Assembly (NCBI RefSeq): GCF_006345805.1
Contig: NC_042997.1
Location: 89,094,001 to 89,158,000, forward strand
Origin: Octopus sinensis
Lineage: Eukaryota
DNA: 64,000 nucleotides
Direction of reading: 5' to 3'
How positions within the stretch are numbered: the first letter of the stretch is position 1; each line of letters opens with the position of its first letter. Made by a program: the position numbers and the translations under genes. Positions 1 to 10,696 of the stretch are shown piece after piece. The notes beneath the pieces are model-generated. The model saw only the letters and a list, made by a program, of their open reading frames with translations. It was not told where the DNA came from and ran no database searches.

Positions 1-274
1 AAAGCGATTTTGCAATAAAGTGGACGACTGGCAGTATGAACAGCAGAGCAGCTGAGCTGAAGAGCAGCTTTCTGGGAATCCTTGAGCTATGCTAGTCAGC
101 AGAGTCAGGGGTAACAAATACTGTGGGAAGGTGGGAGAAAGCTGTGAAGCGTTAGACAGTTTGAGGTAGGAATAGAAACAAAAGAAGGTAAGGCATAAAA
201 TTAGCTCATCAGACCTCAACTAACCTCAGCCACATCATCCAAACCGACCGGTTGAAACCAGGCTTAGCTGCTAG

Positions 275-314
275 TATACATATATATATATATGCATACA
301 TATGTGTGTGTGTG

Positions 315-359
<45 letters not shown>

Positions 360-468
360 CATATATAATATATATATATATTATATATATAATATATATG
401 TATATACATATAATATATATATACATATATAATATATACATATATATATATATATATAATATATATAC

Positions 469-507
<39 letters not shown>

Positions 508-600
508 ATATACACATATATATATATATACATATATATTATATATTATAACATATTATATATATATATATATATACATATATAATATATAATATAATAT

Positions 601-631
<31 letters not shown>

Positions 632-650
632 GTGTGTGTGGTGTATATAC

Positions 651-709
<59 letters not shown>

Positions 710-775
710 ATACATATAATAATATAATATATATTATATACATATATATATGTGGTGTGTGTGTGTGTGTGTGTT
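275..775. repeat. Compound (TA)n/(TG)n microsatellite
   Basis: Direct dinucleotide runs; source of the YI/CV/HT-rich ORFs in the track. Confidence 0.98.
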
Positions 776-882
776 GTATAATTGACACCCAGTGAGGGTC
801 GAGTTCTGCACATCCTCGTATATACCGTCTGCAAACACGTCCGCATAGACCCATGTGAATATGGACATATTCACATTCTCAC

Positions 883-955
883 CAATACACGTACATGAAA
901 TTATATCCCCATGCACATCGGCATACGGTTTCACGATCCAATGTAAGTTCCTGAT
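883..955 (-). CDS. Candidate 73-nt internal exon of an unidentified gene ((D)QELTLDRETVCRCAWGYNFMYVY(W))
   Basis: Minus strand reads ccttccctatgttag|ATCAGG...GTGTATTG|gtgaga: pyrimidine-rich acceptor, good donor and an open frame in non-repetitive sequence. No homolog recognised. Confidence 0.35.
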
Positions 956-1124
956 CTAACATAGGGAAGGCTCCAGGTGCGGTGTTTTCATAAAGAAAGA
1001 ACACAAATGGGTTAAAGTTCACTACAGCTGTTTCAGACGAGTTTTTCATTACTGAAAAAACGTTTTCTTCAGGTGAATTAAAATTTAAAATTATCATTCA
1101 TCTTTTATCTGCTCCAGTTATTGG

Positions 1125-1635
<511 letters not shown>

Positions 1636-2028
1636 CAAACATCTAAGTTTAAAAAACAAATACGATTTAAATATTTGGGTTCTTAAATATATTAAGCATC
1701 ACCTATTTGCCGCAAAAAGAACCCATCAAAAGGTAGAACAAAATTGTAATCGCATTCCAGATGTTCACATTAACGATTATACTGCAATGTGCCTAGCATA
1801 TCTTTCTATCAAATTAAGCAGTGTTTTGCTGCAGTTAATTACCAATTCTACCTCTATAAATGCTACCCTTAATGCCCAGTTAGTTTCGCAATTTCCTTAA
1901 CATGCAGCAAATTTTATGTGTGTGTATGTATGTATGTATGTATGTATGTATGTATGTATGTATGTATGTATGTATGTATGTATACACGCGCATATTATGA
2001 GCGGCACAAGCATTATTACTTTAAATTG

Positions 2029-2119
2029 CAATCTATATCATACTTAAAGCAGATACATCGTTACCGTAGTTAATGAGGCTCTCAACGCTATATCTGCTTG
2101 AAGTATATTACACAGATTG
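2029..2119 (-). ncRNA. Pri-miRNA-like hairpin (~33-bp stem, ~20-nt loop)
   Basis: Minus strand CAAUCUGUGU-AA-UAUACUUCAAGCAGAUAUAGCGUU pairs with AACGAUGUAUCUGCUUUAAGUAUGAUAUAGAUUG. Several G-U pairs form only on this strand. Confidence 0.45.
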
Positions 2120-2181
2120 ATGAATGGATAGCTCGATATACATTTATATATATATATAAATAAATATATATATATATATAT

Positions 2182-2213
<32 letters not shown>

Positions 2214-2238
2214 ATATATATTATATATATATAAATAA

Positions 2239-2269
<31 letters not shown>

Positions 2270-2302
2270 TATAATATATATATGCATACACTATAACATA
2301 CA

Positions 2303-2341
<39 letters not shown>

Positions 2342-2578
2342 TATATATATATTATATATATATATATATATATCTGTATGTATGTATTTACTGTTTATTC
2401 TAACAATACTGTGCAGTGACAGCATTATTCTGAAGTTGTGCACAAAACATACAGTGTGTCATACACACATGAATACTTATATACCTACACGCATATGTAT
2501 TGTAAAATTATATAATTTCGTGTGTCTATGTATGTTTGTATGTGTGTGTGTTTGTATATATATTTATATACTTTTTTT

Positions 2579-2701
2579 AAAGCTACAAAATTATCGCACA
2601 ACTGCTACTCAGAGTTTCACGTTCCTGTTCTTCATTACAATTGTGCGATGAGCGGGAACGTGAAACTCTGAGTAACAGTTCTGTGATAATTTTGCAGCTT
2701 T
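2579..2701. repeat. Imperfect palindrome (47-bp arms) carrying two decayed hammerhead motifs back to back
   Basis: 2579-2625 is the reverse complement of 2655-2701 with few mismatches. The right arm reads gCGATGA-GCG-GGAA-CGT-GAAA-CTCTGAG-TA-ACAG. Followed by the same ttgagtact...ccaccttgttt tail as the 42791 palindrome. Confidence 0.8.
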
Positions 2702-2793
2702 ACTAAAATGTATATTCGAGTACTATTTCCTCATATTTACTATTTTTCCACCTTGTTTTGCACTTATTTGCTCACCTGTGTGTGTGTATATAT

Positions 2794-2851
<58 letters not shown>

Positions 2852-3189
2852 TGTGTGTGGTGTGTGTGTGTGTCATAAACTCTCCCGTCGTTGGACGACG
2901 TATGATACTTTAATTTCTGCCGAACAGACGTGTTTTTTTTCTGCTCGTAAGTGTTGTTACTATTTCGAATCTGTATTCATCAACTGCTAATTTTTTTTGC
3001 ATCCCTGAATCTAAACCTGCCTAGAAGGGGAAGCATCGTGCCCAGGAATTCCCCCTTTCAAGGGGCGAATTGCATCTTTTTCTACCTTTTTCTAGTATAA
3101 ATTGTTTACACAATTAATTTTTGTATCAAGGCTTCCACCCACGGCAAATATAACGCCCCCAACGTCGAAGCATACGACAACCTGCTTAA

Positions 3190-4570
3190 TGAATTGTACC
3201 AGGAAATGTTCACTGCCCTTCCCTGTCGCGAACAGGAGGGGGAGAACAACGTAGTTGCCCAGGACAAGATGACGAATTCTGTCAAGGAAACCCTAATCCG
3301 CAACACCATTGACCACGAAACTGAGAAAACCAAACCGAACAGATGCGGTTTTGCATCTGTAGCAACTGTGAACCTCGAAACTATAAGCATTAACATAACA
3401 AATCTTGAAAAATACAAAAGTTTTTAAAACATGAAGGCACCAACGTGAATCCAACCTTACCAGGCGAAATCATACATATGACAAAAAGAAAAACTATTAT
3501 ATACAATTTTTTTTCTTTTTAAACGAAAAAAATTGAACACGCATCCAAAGAAAGTATAGAAAAATGTTTACAACCAATATGGAGAAACACTACCTTTGTG
3601 GCGGGAGAAAAAAGTTTGGTACTGTTGAGGTTAGGTTTGCGTCCGAAGAAGAAGTAAAAATAACACTCCACAGTGCCCCTAATATTATTAACTACATTAT
3701 TAACTGATATTATTAACTACATACTTGGGCAAAAGAACCTCGAAAATAAAAATAAGGGAGGTCCCACCAAAGCCTGATGTAGTGCGGCTGGTTGCAACTG
3801 TCCTGTTGGACCTAGAAAATAAAATAGCTATTCTGCAAGTCACCAAGCTACGTCAACAAAACTGATGTGGTTATGTCTGGAAATCCTAATCCAGGCAACC
3901 CAACAGGACCTGAAAGGCATACCGGACCTGATCAAATTACCCGATGAAACAGCACTACGCATCATGGTGGAGGGACGTAGACCAAGATGCTAAACATGTA
4001 GGCAGAAGGGCCACATCAGATTTATATGCCTACAGGAACCAACAGCAATGGGTCCCCCTCCACCTAACGATCATACACAGACTGAAGTTTCAACCACGAA
4101 CAGCCAAACTAAGGCCATGCTTCACAAATCCGAGACCACAAAACATCCAACAGGCTCAGCTCCAGCAGCAACGACCAACGACTCAACTAAGGGAGTGAAG
4201 AGAGAACGACAAACCAGAATCCCACCAGTGACATTACAGCCAAGGACACACAACCTACCACAGAAGACCACGCCACAGATGCAACCGACCTCGAATGGAA
4301 GGAAGTCGCAAAGAAAAAAACGCAAAAGAACACTTCCCCAACACCTTCCACACCACAGACACATCCTCCTGCACGCACATCCCACAAGCTTACACAAGAA
4401 TCACAATCATCAGTACTACTATCCCCAGACACTGTCGTCAACTTCACAGCCATCAATACCAACACATCACTTGTTGAACACACGCACAAGAATCCCCTCG
4501 TCACCCCATTCAAAACCCCCACCTCACATCCCAAATACCCAACCACTTCCAATTCATCCACATAGACAAT
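3190..4570 (+). mobile_element. Degenerate non-LTR retrotransposon ORF1 (gag-like: RRM-like segment plus CCHC knuckle), L1/Tx1-like
   Basis: Translated fragments KFGTVEVRFASEEEVK (~3610-3660) and LRIMVEGRRPRC*TCRQKGHIRFIC (~3955-4030), then a P/T/H-rich tail. Several stops and frameshifts. Confidence 0.6.
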
Positions 4571-4689
4571 AATTCATACATTGAATTAAAAGAGAACTTT
4601 CTTTTTAATTTGTATAAGTATTTATAAGGTGGACAGTGTCATTTGTAAGTCAAAGTTCTTGGTAACAAAAACATCGCATATACAAGAAG

Positions 4690-4755
4690 AGAGTGCGAAC
4701 CACTTGTCATTTAGCCGGTTGACCGGTGCTCTGGTCACTCGGCCACTCGCTTCTC
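4690..4755 (-). mobile_element. tRNA-like SINE head
   Basis: Minus strand GCGAGTGGCCGAGTGACC (A-box-like) ... GTGGTTCGCACTC (B-box-like); no full cloverleaf. Confidence 0.4.
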
Positions 4756-5665
4756 CAGAATTAGGAGTATTTTTTTATCAAAATGTTTTGTTTTTTTAGA
4801 ACTCAGTCCGTCTGAGACATCTTTGCAGTAGAAGCTTCTTATGCAACTCATCAGATCAGATTGATCATTAAACTCTCTAATTTAACCAAGTTTTCCTCCC
4901 TATTACTCATTTCAGGTAAATAAGAATAGAATAGGGACAATGTCCTGTGTATTCTAGATTAATGAGAATCGGAAATGGAAAATTACCTCCTGAGATTCAG
5001 CATAGAAAATTACATCAATACACCCAATTTAAAAATTTTTCTGTAAACTTTAAAATTTCCACAGATGCAGCTAAACAGAAAAGACCCGTACAGACTCATG
5101 ATCAAAAATAATCCAGCTATAAACAACCCATCTTTTTCTTTCTTTTTATCAGGCATAGTGTACCTGGGACAACGTTAGCCATGCTTCCATTATTATTTTT
5201 TTATTTATTATCATATTTTTAATTAAGATGATATGCAGTGATGACATTTGACTACTATTTCTAGCAGTCCTAATGATTACTTAGAGGCTCTCTTGTTTGG
5301 CTCGTTGAAGCCGTTTTTGTTATTGTTGTTGCTGGTGTTATTATTGTGGTACATGATAATATGATTGGGAGACACCCAACTATCGGTGGTGTCATACTTA
5401 CTTGTTTAGTCTGCGTTAATGTAAACAACAGGAACAAGCCAGGCAGATGAAGTCGTCTTTTGGTGACAACGCTGACGTGGCCGGTGCATCGCTTCTTACA
5501 ATATATGTCTGTATGAAGTCATTCTCAAAATATCTTGCTCGTGTTTCTTTTATTAATAGTATAACACAGTTAGTTAATTAACAAATTGATGCTATCATCC
5601 TCATCATTAGGACACACAAAATGCGGGCGAAAGGAGAGTTTTTACCCCATTCACAAAAAATAATA

Positions 5666-5863
5666 CAAAATGAGCCAAAAGTCAATCACTAAAATTTTTT
5701 TAATTTTATTTATATTTTGTTATTATTATTATTATTATTCGTTTTCTTCATCATGCACGTGTGTATTCATCATTATTTTAAACCGTTTTAGAAAAATTGA
5801 TGTATGTCTTTAAATTCCGGAGCGTTTTGAACATACTTTGTGCGTGACTTTTGGTCCACTCTG
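5666..5863. mobile_element. Tc1/mariner-type MITE (~200 bp)
   Basis: Left TA-caaaatgagccaaaagtcaatcac versus reverse complement of right end TA-cagagtggaccaaaagtcacgcac; TA flanks on both sides. Confidence 0.55.
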
Positions 5864-5919
5864 TATAAATAAAATAGCCCATGTGTATGTCTTACATATA
5901 TATATATATATATATATAT

Positions 5920-5977
<58 letters not shown>

Positions 5978-6039
5978 TCCTTCTGAAGAAGAGGAGGGGT
6001 AGATGTCAGTGGAAGAACAGATCCAGGAGTGTAAGTGGG

Positions 6040-6289
6040 GATAGATAGACCATACCTTAAGAAAACTAACACCCTGCGTTACACACCAGGCCGTGGCCTG
6101 AAAACCACAAGGGAGGCGGGAGAGAGGATGCCCAAAATATAACTGGAGGCGGGAAACTGAGACAGAGCTGTAAAAAAAAGTGGGGGGATCCAACTGGGAA
6201 GAAGCAAAAAAGACACCCAAAAATCGAGAACAGAGGAGTAAAGTTGTCGATGGCCTTTGCGTTATAGGGAGCGAAGGCTCAAGTAAGTA
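6040..6289 (+). mobile_element. RTE-clade LINE 3' end
   Basis: Translation IDHTLRKLTPCVTHQAVA*KPQGRRERGCPKYNWRRE resembles the RTE C-terminal WIGHTLRK...WNPQGKRKRGRP motif; ends in an AAGTAAGTA tail. Confidence 0.75.
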
Positions 6290-7133
6290 CTCGCGTGTTT
6301 CTGAGAAGGTATATATCTGCATGTGCATAAGTCTTCTTTATACCGATCCTTTATATTAGTCATTCATTGAAAACTCAGGGCTAAAATTGTGTTTCGGAAC
6401 GTAAAAGACAGTTTGAGGAAAGGGGTATTGGGTTGTTTTGAGGGTTTGGGGGGTGTTTTTTTGTGTAGGCTCCAGTATCTGCAGGTCTAGAGAGCTCAAC
6501 ACTAATTTACGTATGCTGTGGTTTTATATGAGTTACTTTTCTCGGGTTCCTATATAACTGTTAAGACAGGCCTATAATCTATTAACTACTTAAACTGGAG
6601 CTTACTCTAATAAGGATGAAAGACAAAGTCGAAGTAAACGAGAATTTTCACTCTTAAAAAGATTCCTGTCACAAGGTAGGAATTTATTTTCTTCGTCTTA
6701 AAAAAATTTACATCCGAAATTTTAGGTATCCAAGCAAAACCAGCTCTAGATTCGAAGCTCGGGTTTCTTAAATACAGTGAAAAACATTCTAGCTTGATTG
6801 TAACGTCAACAAAATTTTGCAATAAAATTTTGTATTTTATCAATTGCTATAGCATTATAGCTTGTGGCTAAATAACTGTTACATTATTGATCTTTAAGAT
6901 CATGTATATAGCATTTTAGGGGAGAGGGCCGAGACTTGATGTGCTGACAATTTCATACTTTTGCCGTGTACACATTCTCCAACCAAGTAAAACCATATTT
7001 ACATACGGTTTATTTGGTTGAAGGGAGCTTTCTCCTTTTTACTCTCAAACCATTTTCTCAACACACTCTCCCATGTTAATATATATGTTCCTAGCAGTGG
7101 TACTCATCCATGCCCAGTTATTATGTCGAAGTA

Positions 7134-7207
<74 letters not shown>

Positions 7208-7356
7208 CAAAAAGCAATAAAGATTCAAGTTAATTTAAATGAATTTACTTGAATATGGTACCTAACTTAGATGCACCAAAACAAACTATACGGTTTTAAC
7301 AATACAGTAATGTGGGGTGATTATAAGCGAGAAAGAAGCAACAAGAATGGATAGGT

Positions 7357-7447
7357 TTTTAGTACAATCGTTTCATACAAGGACAGGCTTTATTAAAAGT
7401 TGCAAAAATTGCAGCATATAAACGTGTCCCGTACTCATCAGCTAAAA
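7357..7447 (-). ncRNA. Type-I hammerhead ribozyme with extended stem II
   Basis: UUUUAG-CUGAUGA-GUAC[52 nt]GUAU-GAAA-CGAUUG-UA|CUAAAA. Canonical core, 6-bp stem I, self-complementary helix III (ACGAUUGU). Predicted cleavage between 7363 and 7362. Confidence 0.85.
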
Positions 7448-7622
7448 TACATGTGAGCTCTCTAGACATCCTAGTGGTTGAGGCTATACTCATGAAGTAA
7501 TGTAGATAATTAAGTAACATAAACAGATTTCCAAAGTTCATTAAAGTTCTTTAAAGATGATGTACAGTCTTATCACAGAATTTTAAAAAAGTTTTAATAG
7601 CATCACAGAGAAGGTGACTTAA

Positions 7623-7893
7623 TCCATGGTGTACATATGAATTTCCAGAGATATGAGGAGGGATTACATACTCACAGACGACAAATTTATCCATTGCTAA
7701 TCACAACGAGGTAGGTTTCAATTCCTGCTTATTAGCATTACCGAGAGGGTGAATTAATCCTTTGTATAGATGCACAATTTCCAATGGTGTAGATGTAAAT
7801 TTCCAGAGAAATGAAGAGGAATTTCATATTCACAGGCGATAAATTTATCAATGGTTGAACACAATGAGGTGGGTATCAATTCTTGCTATATGA
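7623..7893. repeat. Diverged tandem duplication (~157-bp period)
   Basis: tccatggtgtacatatgaatttccagagatatgaggagg... (7623) versus tccaatggtgtagatgtaaatttccagagaaatgaagagg... (~7780). Confidence 0.8.
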
Positions 7894-8929
7894 TTAGGTA
7901 TTTGCCACATTAATCACATTACTGCTATTTTCAAGAGACTGTAGCTATTTAACTTTTAAAGGCTGAAGGGCTTTCTAGAGAGGCAAAGAACAGAAAAGGG
8001 AAGGAAAGAGAAGGAAAGAGAGAAAATAAAGGGGGAGGGAGCAAAAGGGGGGGGCTAGAAGAGAAGAGAAAAGGAAAAAGAAAAAAGAAAAAGAGAAGAA
8101 GAAGAAGAAAAAGAAAAAGAGAAAAGAGAAAGAAATAGGGAAAGAAGGGAAAAAAAGAGAAAAAGAAAAAAAGAGGGTTGTAGTTATACAGAGGAATTAG
8201 TAGACGGCAAGTCTGGTTTTAATTTACAGGCATCTAGGAACTAGAGGAGAATATTATTCTTTGACCAGTAAAACAGCTAATTTATTGCTGTCGAAAGCAG
8301 CTATGAATTTAAAGAGAATCTAAAGAGATAACACGGTCAGGGGTTTAGGGGTTTAGGGGTCAAAGGCTAAAATCAAAAGAAAATACATTAGGAAAATCTA
8401 AGTATAATCTTATCAAAAAGTCATTAAAATTTATTTATTTAATTTATTCATTTTACTGTCTTAAGGAGTTGCCGTTATTATTCATACATTGACGGACTAC
8501 AGGTCAAATCTTAGAAGATCATTTACAAGGTGTTAGGGAATTGTCTATCATAATGAAGATAATCATATTATCACCGAGGGAGTAGCCTTATTTATTTAAT
8601 TTTGAAATAGAATTATGGGGCTTTAGTAACTCATTTTATTTTATTAAGTTATGCTACTTAAATTAGATTAAGTTAAGAATTAAAATTAAAAATTAAAATT
8701 AAGATTTAAAATTAAGATTTAAAATTTAAAATTATGAGTTTGAAATTAAATAAAGCCTCAATTAAGCAGCGTATAAGTACTATTCATTTCCCTGCTCTCA
8801 AAAAACTGATGCAGATATAAGGAAAAAGATAACTGTAGTGTGAGAACTCTTAGTTATCTACTTAAAGCAGTGCTATACTAGCAAAAATCAAGTTATATAT
8901 ATCTATCTATCTAGTTACGAATATTCTAA

Positions 8930-9975
8930 TCATTTAAAATATTTTAAAGTCTTCAATTTAGCGTGGACACAAACTTGACCTAGTTCGATATGGTTATTCA
9001 ATAAGTTTCTATGTTTTCTATGCTTTAGAATTTCATACGTCTCCATGGAGCATAGTTGGCAACCAACCCTGCTATTTTTATACGGAATTGCTCTCCTAAC
9101 TATTTCCCAATTAAGGTTATAATTATTATTATTATTTTTGAGTTCCCAGATTTTGTTTGAAAGTGTGGTGGTACCAGCTTTATGACGTAATTTAAAAGAC
9201 GAGATGTGATTTCTAACTCTGGCTAGAAAATTAATTGTACATCCAATGTAAAGATATTTGTTATTCTCCGTGGATATGGTACATTTATAGATTACATTAT
9301 TTTCCCCGCATAGACCAGGTGCCGGGCATTTTGATTTTATTCTACACTTACACACAGGAGGAACAACTTCAGGTTTTGGATTATTCTTGGGTAGATGTCT
9401 TAGGTTCCTATTATTTTGATTATCATGAGTATAATTGTCCTTATTGTTATTAATATTTCTATAGTTGGTGCTGATATCTAAAGTATTGCTATTATTTATT
9501 GATCCTTCTGTTTCATCTTTTAGGTCTAAAGTCCTACCATGATTTCTTATATTATTGGTAATGTTACTATTATTGTTAGTCTTTTTATCCGACTGCATAT
9601 TGTTGTTATAGATATCACTTATATTTTCATTCTCCTTATTTTCTCCATTAGCCTTATTTCTATTATTTCTATTATTAACATTATTACTTCTATTAATATC
9701 GGTATTGTTATTATTACTATTAATGTTAATGTTATTAGTCATTCTGTGGTAACTAATTTCACCCATGTTTTGATAGTTACTATTGCTTTTTTTATTGTTG
9801 GTAGTATTATTATAATTGCTATTGGTATTCATGTTGATATTATTATTTTTATTTCTATTTTTCCTGGCTAGTTTAATGTTGTTATTATTAATCTTAGCTA
9901 TTAAAGTGGACATATTTGGGAGGGTTGAATAAGAAATCCTAACTGTTTTCCTAGAAATAATTCTATGATATCTAT

Positions 9976-9979
<4 letters not shown>
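8930..9979 (-). CDS. Penelope-like element ORF C-terminus: RT-thumb linker, Asn-rich insert, GIY-YIG endonuclease (5'-truncated, no RT)
   Basis: [16 protein letters not shown] linker; [15 protein letters not shown]; VIYKC...YLYIGCT..F..R...H; [11 protein letters not shown]; CQLC; C-x-H. About 350 codons without a stop. Confidence 0.88.
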
Positions 9980-10034
<55 letters not shown>

Positions 10035-10512
10035 TTGATTACATGCATATACATATACTCACCTATAGATATATGTATTTATATATATGTAAATATACAT
10101 ACATATATAAGTATGCATGTACGTGTGTGTCTGCGTGCGTGTGCGCCTGTGTGCTTGTATTCTTGTGTCCTTGTTTGTAAGGCCAAGGTTTACACATACA
10201 AAAGTATTAGTGATACTTGAGAAATTTAGTACTATATTTTTTAGGTGTATTTAACAGAGGACAATATATAGAATATTAAGTTTTGAGTACGCTTATAATT
10301 TAGTGCAGTGGGCTTTGACTTTGACACACATGTACACATACAAACACACACACACACAAGTACTCACATACACATACATACATCTACTCAGATAGATGCT
10401 CACAAATCAGCACTTCCCATCTTATGTATATGCAATGGAGGGTGTTGACATCTATTTACACTGTCAAACTCATATAAATAGGCACACATGCACACATACA
10501 CGCACGCACACA

Positions 10513-10559
<47 letters not shown>

Positions 10560-10696
10560 TTATATATATATATGTATGTGTATATATATATATATACAAA
10601 ATAGACACATTTTACATTTATAAGTGTATATGTAAAATGTACGTCTGTAAATACATTTTACATATACATACATACATATAAGCACGCATATATATG

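Larger units (their letters stand above)
7207..9979 (-). mobile_element. 5'-truncated Penelope-like element (GIY-YIG ORF, ~1.7 kb 3' region, hammerhead ribozyme), embedded in (TA)n
   Basis: GIY-YIG ORF at 8930-9979, hammerhead at 7357-7447 on the same strand, (TA)n at 7137-7206 and 9980-10030. Confidence 0.8.

Noticed and set aside
206-212. CUGAUGA on the minus strand with a possible stem I (ttgaggt/acctcaa)
   Set aside because: No GAAA, helix III or valid NUH between them; not a hammerhead.
6975-7025. ~20-bp hairpin (caaccaagtaaaacc / ggtttatttggttg)
   Set aside because: The stem is too short and AT-rich for a pre-miRNA and is plausible by chance.
8341-8360. TTTAGGGG repeats resembling telomere sequence
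   Set aside because: Only two units, and not the metazoan TTAGGG array.
9539-9871. Hydrophobic Ile-rich 110-aa ORF on the + strand
   Set aside because: Antisense shadow of the Asn-rich (AAT) Penelope insert.
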